Below are positions 23,933-33,836 of a stretch of 64,000 nucleotides of DNA, in pieces. Within the stretch, counting starts at the first letter, position 1. Each line of letters starts with the position of its first letter. The stretch is from Basidiobolus meristosporus CBS 931.73. Lineage: Eukaryota; Fungi; Basidiobolomycota. Below the pieces are notes generated by a model. The model was not told the origin of the DNA and ran no database searches. It worked only from the letters and a program-made list of their open reading frames with translations. Both the position numbers and the translations under genes were made by a program. The DNA is taken from NCBI GenBank assembly GCA_002104905.1, contig MCFE01000084.1, forward strand, positions 62,001 through 126,000, in the 5' to 3' direction.

Positions 23933-26900
23933 ATTAACTAGAAGTAAAGTAATAGGTGTTTATAGACATGAACCTAAGTCTGTAAAAAGCTTTCTCAACC
24001 ATATTGCTTCTTTTGTAGCTTCACAGGCTGCCATATACTCTGCCTATGAGGTAGAAAGTGCTACAGTTGGTTGCTTTCTTGAATTCATCATATTGCTCCT
24101 TGACAGTAAAGAAAGGTGCATCCTGTGATGGATTTTCTGTCTTGCAAATTTTCTCCCCAATCAGCATCATAATATCCCACAAGGTTCTGCTCTGGATCCT
24201 TATAAGTGTATCTTAAGCAGATATCAGCAGCACCATTTAGCTCTCTAAAAATCCACCTAACTGCTGCAATATGATCCAATCCATAGTTCTGATTATGCTG
24301 GCTGACAACTCCCAGTGAATATGAGAAATCTGGACATGTTCCATGCATGATATACATCATACTGCTAACAATAAATTATAAGGAAAGTCAGGGCTTTCAG
24401 ATGGCACCAAGCTCTCTTGATTTGGTGAGTTTTGACCAAGTTAAGATTTGTTGCCATTGGGGTAGCTGCTAGTTTACAATCTTCCATTTGATACTTCTTT
24501 GGTATAGCTTGAATATACTTGGATTGGCTTAGGGTGATAGTCTGGGTACTTCTGTCTATGAAGAATTTAATTCCTAAGTAATAACTGAGTTCTCCTAGAT
24601 CAGACATCTTAAACTCCTTAGATAGGCTCAATAATTCCAAATATGGATCTATCTTGCAATTCCAGGCTCTTGGTGATTGTTTGAGACCATATAGAGACTT
24701 TTTAAGCTTGCAGACCAAATGGGGGCTATGTTGCTCCACACACCCATCAAGCTGGTCCATATGCACATCCTCATCAAGTTCCCCATTCAAGTGTGCAACC
24801 ATTATTTCCATTTGATGAATAAAAAACTTATATTTGGCTGCAATAGCCACTATGGATCTGATGGAATTAAACTTGGCTACCAGTGCAAAGGTCTCAGTAT
24901 AGTCAAGTCCTTTTGGTTGAGAGTATCCTTTGGCCACAAGGCTTGCTTTGTATCTCCCTATTGTACCATCAGCCTTGTATTTTGTCTTGAAGACCCATCT
25001 GCATCCAATTGATTTTTGGTTGATTGGTAATTTGACTAAGTCCCAAGTTTGATTTTCCATCAGGGCCTGATATTCCTCAGTCATTGCAGATCTCCAAAAC
25101 TTTGTCTGAGGGCTATTTAGGGCCTCTTTTACAGTCTGGGATTTATCAACATGGACTGAATAGGCATAGGCTAAGTTTGTACCCTCATTGATAAAGTAAT
25201 TTGGGCTATCTCTTGTCCAATTGGATCTCTGGGCATTTGATACTGGAATTATCACTTCTGGGATATTCCTGGGCACTGATTCTGGCTGAACCATGGTTGT
25301 AGAGTCCTCTGGAGTGAAAAAAATTACATTGTTTTGCTCTGATTCAATCCTGACAATTGGTGGATTTGAGATCAGATTTTGTCATCAGCTGATGTCATTT
25401 TTTGGGAAAATTTGGAATTTTCATCAAACAACACATCCCTGGACTTGATTAGCTTCTTTGCCTTGGTATTGTAGAGTCTGTAAGCTTTACTCTCATTGCA
25501 GTAGCCCCAAAATAAGCATTTTACACTTTTTGACTCAAATTTTGACTGATATCCAGGCAGTTTCTTGGCATATGCTGTACATCCAAATATTCTTAGATGT
25601 TCTGCACTTGGTCTGTATCCATACCATGCTTCAAATGGAGTAGAATCACAACATATTCTGTTATAACTCATATTTTTAAGATATACAGCAGTGGCAACTG
25701 ATTCTGCCCAAAAATCATAAGATAATTTTTGATCATGGATCATAGATCTTGCCATATCAATTGTTGATCTGCTAGCACATTCTGCTACTCCATTTTGCTG
25801 TGGGGAGAATGGTAGAGTAGTCTCTTGCTTTATCCCATGAATTTTGCAGCAGTGGATGAAGAGTTTGGAGGTATATTCTCCACCATCAGCAGAGCATATT
25901 TTCTTGATTTTTTCACCAGTTTCTTACTCCACTATGGCTTTAAACTCCATGAACTTAGACAGAGCATCTTCCTTTCTCTCCATGAAATAGACCCACATGT
26001 ATCTTGTATAATTATCAACAATAGTGAATAAATATTTTATCCTGCCCAGGGATAAGTTTTGCATAGGGCCACACAGATCTGAGTGAATTAAATTCAGTTT
26101 TTTCTTAGTTTTGATTAACCCAGTGCTCTTTAACAGTTATCTGGCTTGTTTCCCATATATGCAGGCTGAGCCTTCCATGTATCTAATTTAAGAACATATT
26201 TTTAGTTCTATACTCTAGGACTGATACAAGGCCCTGAAACCTGTCTGTCAGGCTATTCAGGATGGTAACTATCACATCCTCATCAGTAGTTGATATGCCC
26301 ACAGATTCCATCTCATCTGCCAGCAGGGTAATTCTGTTAATTAGATTTTTCATTTCTTCTCCTGGCAGCAACATTGTAGTAAAAAATATTTGTCTCAGAT
26401 ACATCTTCTTGGCAGCTGAACATGACTGGTAGGTATCTTCTAATGCTTTCCAGGCATTCTTTGCCGTTTTTGCTCTTGAGCATTGAATTAGCAATCTGTC
26501 AGGTTATTCAGTAGAGTTGCTATCACATCATCTTCATTAGTTGGTACTTCCACAGATTCCATCTCATCCACCAGCAGGGGAATTCTGTTAATTATATTTT
26601 TCATTTCTTCTCCTGGCTGCATCTTTGTAGTAAGGAATTTTTTTCTCAGATACATTTTCTTAGCAGCTGAACATGCCCAGTAGGTGTCTTCTAATGCCTT
26701 TCAGGTATTCTTTGCTGTTTTTGCTCTTGACATTGAATTAGCAATTTGCCTTTGACAGTTAGGCAAATGCAGTTAAAGGCACTTTGCACTTTCTCCTTGT
26801 ACTTTAAAAATTCCTCTCCCACGCTTTTAGGTGGGCACTGTTCTCCCATGATAATATCCCAAAGGCCTTTTGCTTGTAGGAGCAACTTCATCTTCACCTT

Positions 26901-26961
26901 CCACACATGGTACTTAAATGCATTCAACTTTCAGCAGTGGGGAAAATTCCTGTAATAGCAG

Positions 26962-27637
26962 TGTTGTGCATCAACATTTGAAACTTTGCCAATTTGACTC
27001 CATCAGAAAATTTAGTACCCTAACTGATTTTCCCTAACCCAAACATAACTAATCCCTGTTATGGTTTATTTTATCACTTCTCAGAAGCTATTTTTAGCTG
27101 TCATACCTGATTAATTTGCAAGTAGTCATTACATCCTCAATTGATCTGCTAAGCCTTTCCAAAGGATTAGTCATCCAAGATCTATCCAACCACTTAGTAG
27201 TTGCCACAACATCAGCTGATTAATGATGCAATTTTTCATTTATCTTATGCACTTATCAACACCCCAACAAATTTCAATTAGTCCAGTCTCATGGTGCTTA
27301 CTAATTCAACTTGATCAGAAAAATATAAATAAAGATTGCTGAACCTTTTGGTTTAGTGCGTGTCTTGGCAAAATTAATAATTCAACAATTCTGTTCTAGT
27401 TTCCACCCAAGCCTAGCATATCTAGCATTCCCAAGAACACCAAGCCTAGCCTGTATAGCAAACCAGCTCTGTTGCCTTTATATCCCAACTCAGCTACATA
27501 CAAAACCAATATTAGACCAGAACTTCTCTGCTAATAATTCTGTCACCCTTGGCAATTCTGAGATTCTGCACTTAGTTGTCACTTAGGTTCAGTTAACTCA
27601 TTTTGAGTCTTATTAGACTTTTCTCTTGAATGTAACA
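26962..27637. repeat. Solo LTR (676 bp) inserted near the gag start of the degenerate Copia
   Basis: TGTTGTG...TGTAACA with a perfect 5-bp TSD AGCAG (26957-61, 27638-42). The intact Copia has a single AGCAG at the orthologous site. Confidence 0.88.
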
Positions 27638-28031
27638 AGCAGTATTAAGCACTGCAGAGAGTGATAGCTTGGGGCTTGTAACCTGTTGTAAGAGTCTTGG
27701 AGTTATTGGAAGTGATTGATAGGACAAGCAGATTATGTGGATCTCACTTAATGATTGATCAAATGTAAAAGTAGTATTTATACTTTTACATGGTCTTGGC
27801 ATAACAAACATGCAGAATAGGTCTAGCAAGGTCCCAGGAACATTTCTGCAAAGCTTGGGGCTTTTTGCACTACTATTAGAATTTCATATTCAGGATATGT
27901 GATATTTAAGTGAAAATAATCTTAGTAAATCCCAATAAGGGATTTGGTCAGTATTCTCTAGGATTTGAAGGTAATGAACTAAGTGACAAAGCAAGGTGAA
28001 TATTTAGGTGGAATTACAAACTTTTACAACA

Positions 28032-28447
28032 CTATCTGGCACTATTCTAACCTACTAGCCCTAAAGTAAAACTCATACAAAGTACTTATAGTGCTACATA
28101 GTACCAGTGGACCAGATAGTGCCATGCATTTTTGTGACAAGTTACAAGTCTCTGGATCTAGATTCAGAGTACCATAGGTATTGAGTACCATAGGTATTGA
28201 GTACCAAAAGCATCCCTTCAAGCTTTCTGTACTCTCTCATATCATGCACAATGCTGATTGCAAAAAAAGGTCAAAATATGAATTCTCTCCAGCACAGTGG
28301 GTGAAACAAAGGGGTGGCTTTAAATGAATATGCAGAACTACATTTCACACTCTATGGCCAAATAGAGGCTGACTTGACCTCTCTTGGACACAATGGCATA
28401 ATTTGGCACTCATGGCTCAATGTGGCACCATCCAAAAGAACAAGTCC
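28032..28447. mobile_element. Spacer plus right arm of a foldback element, copy E, cut by a Copia LTR
   Basis: Begins CTATCTGGCACTAT immediately after the LTR end, contains the spacer and right arm, and ends GAACAAGTCC. Includes a small duplication of GAGTACCATAGGTATT. Confidence 0.82.
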
Positions 28448-28772
28448 AGTATACAAGGGAGGCAATCCCTCAGCAATAAATCATTGTCCCTTTTATCATT
28501 ATACCAACTTGTTGATCAGTGTGATCACTGCTAATTGCTACTATGCAAACTTCCAAGCCCAGACCACAGGACATTCCCAGGAAACTGCTCTGACAGCCAG
28601 CTGATCTTGGAGGCACTACTTGCAAGAAAAAATCAGAATAGGTTTTGTTTATTTTATCTAATTCTTTCCCAAGTTTGATCTCATACAGGCAAATATACTT
28701 TTCTGTCTTTGTAACTATTGGCCACAGCTGCACTCTTATCAAGTCCTTGCTGGTGGAGTTTACAGTTGTTTT

Positions 28773-29122
28773 TGTTGTAAAAAATTTGTATTTCCACCTA
28801 AATATTCACCTAACTTAGTCACTTAGATCATTACCTTCAAATCCTAGAAAATACTGACCAAATTCCTTGTCGGGATTTACTTAGAATATTTTCACCAAAA
28901 TACCAGGTACCCAGAACATGAAAATTCTCAAAGTTGTCCAAACAGCCCCAAACTTTGCACACATGTTCTTGGGACCTTCCTTAACCTATTCTACGTGTTT
29001 GTAATGCCAAGACCAGGTAAAAGTATAAATACCACTTTTACATTCAATAAATCATTAAGTGAAAACCACATAATCTACTTGTTCTCCCAATCACTTCCAA
29101 TATCTCCAAGACTCTTACAACA
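28773..29122 (+). repeat. 5' LTR of the intact Copia
   Basis: TATAAAT at about 29024 and AATAAA at about 29046. 349/350 identical to the 3' LTR. Confidence 0.98.
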
Positions 29123-29134
29123 GGTTATGAGCCC
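29123..29134 (+). promoter_or_regulatory. Primer-binding site GGTTATGAGCCC (half-tRNA-iMet type)
   Basis: Complementary to the initiator-tRNA anticodon arm GGGCTCATAACC. This is the priming type of Ty5 and Drosophila copia. Confidence 0.9.
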
Positions 29135-32100
29135 CAAGCTGTCACTCTCTGCAATGTCTACTACTGCTATTACTGGAATTTTTCCCTCTGCTGAAAAGTT
29201 GGATGGATCTAACTACCAAGTGTGGAAGGTGAAGATGAAGATGCTGCTGCAAGAAAGAGGCCTTTGGGATATTGTCATGGGAGAAGAATGCCCTCCTAAA
29301 AACGTGGGAGAGGAAGCCTTAAAGTACCAGAAGAAAGAACAAAGTGCCTTTAACTGCATTTGCCTTAATGTCAAGGACAAATTGCTAATTCAATGCTCAA
29401 GAGCAAAAACGGCAAAAAATGCCTGGAAAGCATTAGAAGACACCTACCAGTCATGTTCAGCTGCCAAGAAAATGTATCTGAGAAGAAAATTCTTTACTAC
29501 AAAGATGCTGCCAGGAGAAGAAATGAAAAATCTAATTAACAGAATTACCCTGCTGGTAGATGAGATGGAATCTGTGGGCGTACCAACTACTGATGAGGAT
29601 GTGATAGTTACCATCCTGAATAGCCTGACAGACAAGTTTCAGGGCCTTGTATCAGCCCTAGAGTCCAGAACTGAAGATTTGACCTTAAATTACGTATATG
29701 GAAGGCTCCTGGATGAAGAATTAAGAAAATCAAGCGCCAATAAGAAGGAAGAAGAAAATGCTTTAATAAGCAATGATAACCAACAAAGGAGGTACCCAAG
29801 ACCCTACAAAGGCAACAGCAACCTATTTTGCAACTACTGCAAAAGGAAAGGACACACATCAGACCGGTGTTTCAAAAAGAGAGATTATCAGCAAAAGAAG
29901 CCTGAATATGGAAATGCTGCAACAACTGAAGATAGACTATTCATATCTGCACTAAATATGACCACAAACAAGGATTCTCAGACGTGGTATATTGACTCTG
30001 GAGCTTCTCAACACTTTACACACCAAAAAGAACTTTTTACCCAATATCAAGAAATTCCAATTAAGACGGTTTTCATGGGTGACAATAGAACACTTGATGC
30101 AGTGGGAGAAGGAACTATCCAAGTAAACCTTAGAAGCAGTGAAGGAAGCCATACACTGACCTTTAAAGAAGTACTCTATGTACCAGAAATAGCCAAGAAC
30201 CTACTCTCTGTAAGCAAGGCCACAGCAGAAGGACTCAGTTTCAGTTTTGACAATTCTGGATGCAGGATCACTGATCAAAATGGTGCTCATATTGCTTCGG
30301 GCATCAGAGATCAGAACCTATACAAGTTGACTTATATTCCATCATATCTGGAAGCCAATATAAGTAACTTAAATGAAGAAACACCAATGCTTTGGCACAG
30401 GAGATTTGGACACATCAATTTTGATTATTTGCGTAAAATGATCAAAGATCAGCTAATTTCTGGAGTGAAAATTGATCCCCCAGCTAATTTGGAGCACTGT
30501 GAAGCCTGCATATATGGGAAACAAGCCAGACAACCGTTCAAGAGCTCTGGGTTAATCAAAACTAAGAAAAAATTAGATCTAATTCACTCAGATCTGTGTG
30601 GACCTATGCAAAATTTATCCTTAGGCGGGATGAAGTATTTAATCACTTTTATTGATGATTATACAAGATACACATGGGTCTATTTCATGGAGAGAAAGGA
30701 AGAAGCTCTGTCTAAGCTCAGGGAGTTTAAAGCCATGGTGGAGAGAGAAACTGGTGAAAAAATCAAGAAAATACGCTCTGACAATGGTGGAGAATATACC
30801 TCAAAACTCTTCATCCACTTCTGCAAAATTCATGGGATAAAGCAAGAGACTACTGTACCATACTCCCCACAGCAAAATGGAGTAGCAGAACGAGCTAACA
30901 GATCAATAATTGATATGGCAAGATCTATGATCCATGATCAAAAATTATCCTATGATTTTTGGGCGGAATCAGTTGCCACTGCTGTATATCTTAAAAATAG
31001 GAGTTATAACAGAATACTTCGTGATTCTACTCCATTTGAAGCATGGTATGGACACAGACCAAGTGCAGAACATCTAAGAATATTTGGGTGTACAGCATAT
31101 GCCAAAAAACTGGCCGGAAATCAGTCAAAATTTGAGCCAAAAAGTGTAAAATGCATATTTTTGGGCTACTGCAATGAGAGTAAGGCATACAGACTCTACA
31201 ATACCAAAGCAAAGAAGCTGATCAAGTCCAGGGATGTGTTGTTTGATGAAAATTCAAAATTTTCACAAAAAATGACATCAGATGATGACGAAAATTTGAT
31301 CTCAAGTCCACCAATTGTCAGGATTGAATCAGAGCAAAACAATGAAAATTTTTTCACTCCAGAGGACTCTACAACCGTGGTTCAGCCAGAATCAGTGCCC
31401 AGGAATATCCCAGAAGTGATCATTCCAGTATCAAATGCCCGGAGATCAAATTGGACAAGAAATAGCCCAAATTACTATATTAATGAGGGTACAAACTTAG
31501 CCTATGCCTATTCAGTCCATATTGATGAACCCCAGACTGTAAAAGAGGCCCTAAATAGCCCTCAGACGAAGTTTTGGAGATCTGCAATGACTGAGGAATA
31601 TCAGGCCCTGATGGAAAATCAAACTTGGGACTTAGTCAAATTACCAATCAACCGAAAATCAATTGGATGCAGATGGATCTTCAAGACAAAGTACAAGGCT
31701 GATGGTACAATTGAAAGATACAAAGCAAGACTTGTAGCCAAAGGATACTCTCAAACAAAAGGACTTGACTATACTGAGACCTTTGCACCGGTAGCCAAGT
31801 TTAATTCCATCAGATTAATATTGGCTATTGCAGCCAAATATAAGTTTTTTATTCATCAAATGGATGTAAAAACTGCATTTTTGAATGGAGAACTTGATGA
31901 GGACGTTTATATGGACCAGCCTGATGGGTTTGTTGACCAAGATAACCCCCATTTGGTCTGCAAGCTTAAAAAGTCACTATATGGTCTCAAACAATCACCA
32001 AGAGCCTGGAATTGCAAGATAGATTCTTATTTGGAATCTTTGAGTTTCAAAAGGAGTAATGCTGACTATAGTATATACTATAAGCCAGATAGAGCAAATC

Positions 32101-33098
32101 CAGTTCTATTAGCTCTATATGTGGATGATCTTATTATAGCCACCAATAACCTAGAAACATTGGAAGAGACTAAATCCAGCCTATCTAAGGAGTTCAAGAT
32201 GTCCGATCTAGGAGAACTCAGTTACTACTTAGGGATTAAGTTCTCCATAGACAGAAGTACCCAGACTATTACCCTAAGCCAATCCAAGTATATTCAAGAC
32301 ATACTAAAGAAGTACAAAATGGAAGACTGTAAACCGGCAGCTACCCCAATGGAGACAAACCTTAACTTGGTCAAAACTCAACCAAATCAAGAGAGCTTGG
32401 TGCCATCTGAAAGCCCTGGCTTTCCTTATCAATCTATGGTCAGCAGTCTGATGTATATCATGCTTGGAACACGTCCAGATATCTCATATTCAGTGGGAGT
32501 TGTCAGCCAACATAATCAGAATTATGGATCTGATCATATTGCAGCAGTTAAGCGGATTTTTAGATACCTAAAAGGAACTGCTGATATCTGCTTAAGATAC
32601 ACTTATAAGGATTCAGAACAGGATCTTGTGGGATACTCTGATGCTGATTGGGGACGAAATTTAGAAGACAGAAGATCCACCACAGGATACACCTTTCTTT
32701 ACTGTAAAGGAGCAATTTCATGGAATTCAAGAAAGCAACCAACCGTAGCACTTTCTACTACAGAGGCAGAATATATGGCAGCCTGTGAGGCTACAAAAGA
32801 AGCAATGTGGTTAAGAAAGCTGTTTACAGATTTAGGCCTATGTCAAAAAACGCCTATTACTTTATTTCAAGATAATCAAGGATGTATACAATTAGGTAGA
32901 AATCCAACTTTTCATGCTAGAACCAAGCATATAGATATTAGACATCATTTCATACGTGAAGCTATAGAGAGTAACTTAGTTAGATTAGTTTACTGTCCTA
33001 CAGATGAAATGATTGCAGACATATTTACCAAACCATTAGCTAGAGACAAGTTTGAATATCTTAGGTCAAACTTAGGACTAGTCAGTATGAACATTTAG
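29127..33098 (+). CDS. Copia Gag-Pol polyprotein (1323 aa from ATG 29127; alternative start at 29154)
   Basis: gag (LDGSNYQVWKVKM), CCHC knuckle CNYCKRKGHTSDRC, protease WYIDSGASQH, pre-integrase LWHRRFGH...CEAC, integrase HSDLCGP/RSDNGGEY/NGVAER, RT YVDD, RNase H GYSDADW...TEAEY...DNQG...ADIFTK. Confidence 0.97.
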   Translation: MSPKLSLSAMSTTAITGIFPSAEKLDGSNYQVWKVKMKMLLQERGLWDIVMGEECPPKNVGEEALKYQKKEQSAFNCICLNVKDKLLIQCSRAKTAKNAWKALEDTYQSCSAAKKMYLRRKFFTTKMLPGEEMKNLINRITLLVDEMESVGVPTTDEDVIVTILNSLTDKFQGLVSALESRTEDLTLNYVYGRLLDEELRKSSANKKEEENALISNDNQQRRYPRPYKGNSNLFCNYCKRKGHTSDRCFKKRDYQQKKPEYGNAATTEDRLFISALNMTTNKDSQTWYIDSGASQHFTHQKELFTQYQEIPIKTVFMGDNRTLDAVGEGTIQVNLRSSEGSHTLTFKEVLYVPEIAKNLLSVSKATAEGLSFSFDNSGCRITDQNGAHIASGIRDQNLYKLTYIPSYLEANISNLNEETPMLWHRRFGHINFDYLRKMIKDQLISGVKIDPPANLEHCEACIYGKQARQPFKSSGLIKTKKKLDLIHSDLCGPMQNLSLGGMKYLITFIDDYTRYTWVYFMERKEEALSKLREFKAMVERETGEKIKKIRSDNGGEYTSKLFIHFCKIHGIKQETTVPYSPQQNGVAERANRSIIDMARSMIHDQKLSYDFWAESVATAVYLKNRSYNRILRDSTPFEAWYGHRPSAEHLRIFGCTAYAKKLAGNQSKFEPKSVKCIFLGYCNESKAYRLYNTKAKKLIKSRDVLFDENSKFSQKMTSDDDENLISSPPIVRIESEQNNENFFTPEDSTTVVQPESVPRNIPEVIIPVSNARRSNWTRNSPNYYINEGTNLAYAYSVHIDEPQTVKEALNSPQTKFWRSAMTEEYQALMENQTWDLVKLPINRKSIGCRWIFKTKYKADGTIERYKARLVAKGYSQTKGLDYTETFAPVAKFNSIRLILAIAAKYKFFIHQMDVKTAFLNGELDEDVYMDQPDGFVDQDNPHLVCKLKKSLYGLKQSPRAWNCKIDSYLESLSFKRSNADYSIYYKPDRANPVLLALYVDDLIIATNNLETLEETKSSLSKEFKMSDLGELSYYLGIKFSIDRSTQTITLSQSKYIQDILKKYKMEDCKPAATPMETNLNLVKTQPNQESLVPSESPGFPYQSMVSSLMYIMLGTRPDISYSVGVVSQHNQNYGSDHIAAVKRIFRYLKGTADICLRYTYKDSEQDLVGYSDADWGRNLEDRRSTTGYTFLYCKGAISWNSRKQPTVALSTTEAEYMAACEATKEAMWLRKLFTDLGLCQKTPITLFQDNQGCIQLGRNPTFHARTKHIDIRHHFIREAIESNLVRLVYCPTDEMIADIFTKPLARDKFEYLRSNLGLVSMNI

Positions 33099-33109
33099 CT
33101 GAGTGGGAG

Positions 33110-33459
33110 TGTTGTAAAAAATTCGTATTTCCACCTAAATATTCACCTAACTTAGTCACTTAGATCATTACCTTCAAATCCTAGAAAATACTGACCAAAT
33201 TCCTTGTCGGGATTTACTTAGAATATTTTCACCAAAATACCAGGTACCCAGAACATGAAAATTCTCAAAGTTGTCCAAACAGCCCCAAACTTTGCACACA
33301 TGTTCTTGGGACCTTCCTTAACCTATTCTACGTGTTTGTAATGCCAAGACCAGGTAAAAGTATAAATACCACTTTTACATTCAATAAATCATTAAGTGAA
33401 AACCACATAATCTACTTGTTCTCCCAATCACTTCCAATATCTCCAAGACTCTTACAACA
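33110..33459 (+). repeat. 3' LTR of the intact Copia
   Basis: Preceded by the PPT and followed by the GTTTT TSD. Confidence 0.98.
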
Positions 33460-33836
33460 GTTTTGACTTTGGAGGCTTTAGTACATTGCCATCTTAAAGG
33501 CCACTGAACCCAGCACATACTTTACACTCTTACTCTTGAAGCTCACCTTTGATTCCTCAAGATATTCACTTGCACTCTGTGTGATACTTTGAGTTTTTGC
33601 CTTAATTGACTAATGTACTGTGTGATATATTAGTGGAGTCAGGTGGCTTTCAAGAGTAATATACTCAAAACTCATCAAGGCAACAGCTCCACTCAAAATC
33701 TCCTTGGTTCTCAAAGTTGAGGCGCATATAGACACATCCAATGTGTACTGTGCAAATTGCATGCAGGAATGTTTGTACACAGCCTAGCATTTGGGCCAGA
33801 TCATGGAGGGGCAAAAAAAAATGGGGCGGGGGCCCC

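Larger units (their letters stand above)
22641..28031 (-). mobile_element. Degenerate, probably chimeric copy of the intact Copia family, with two nested insertions
   Basis: LTRs at 22641-22963 and 27684-28031, PPT at 22964-22972, PBS GGTTACAAGCCCC. ORF fragments 24365-25294, 25372-25755, 26183-26494 and 26691-26927 closely match the 28995-33098 protein. Internal deletions and a gag duplication. Confidence 0.95.
28773..33459 (+). mobile_element. Intact, very recent Ty1/Copia LTR retrotransposon (4687 bp)
   Basis: 350-bp LTRs (28773-29122, 33110-33459) that differ at 1 base, TGTTGTAA...TTACAACA inverted ends, TSD GTTTT, PBS at 29123-29134, PPT GAGTGGGAG at 33101-33109, uninterrupted gag-pol ORF. 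Confidence 0.99.
28448..33526 (+). repeat. LTR fragment (28448-28772 plus 33465-33526) split by the intact Copia
   Basis: The two flanks join to match the reverse complement of 20703-21090, where GTTTT occurs once. Confidence 0.85.

Noticed and set aside
23197-23935. TA (Tc1/mariner-like) or TAG...CTA (Academ-like) boundary models for the foldback
   Set aside because: Against the empty site, the TA model leaves 3 unexplained bases and the TAG model leaves a 1-bp duplication. The AGAC/ATT model aligns without gaps.
22641-28031. Classical RIP (CpA) or TpCpG-specific RIP
   Set aside because: The mutated CpGs occur after A, C, G and T alike. A minor CpA component cannot be excluded without counting.
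28995-29126. ORF-track start of the 1367-aa polyprotein
   Set aside because: It is a GTG inside the 5' LTR, upstream of the TATA box. The first usable ATG is 29127.
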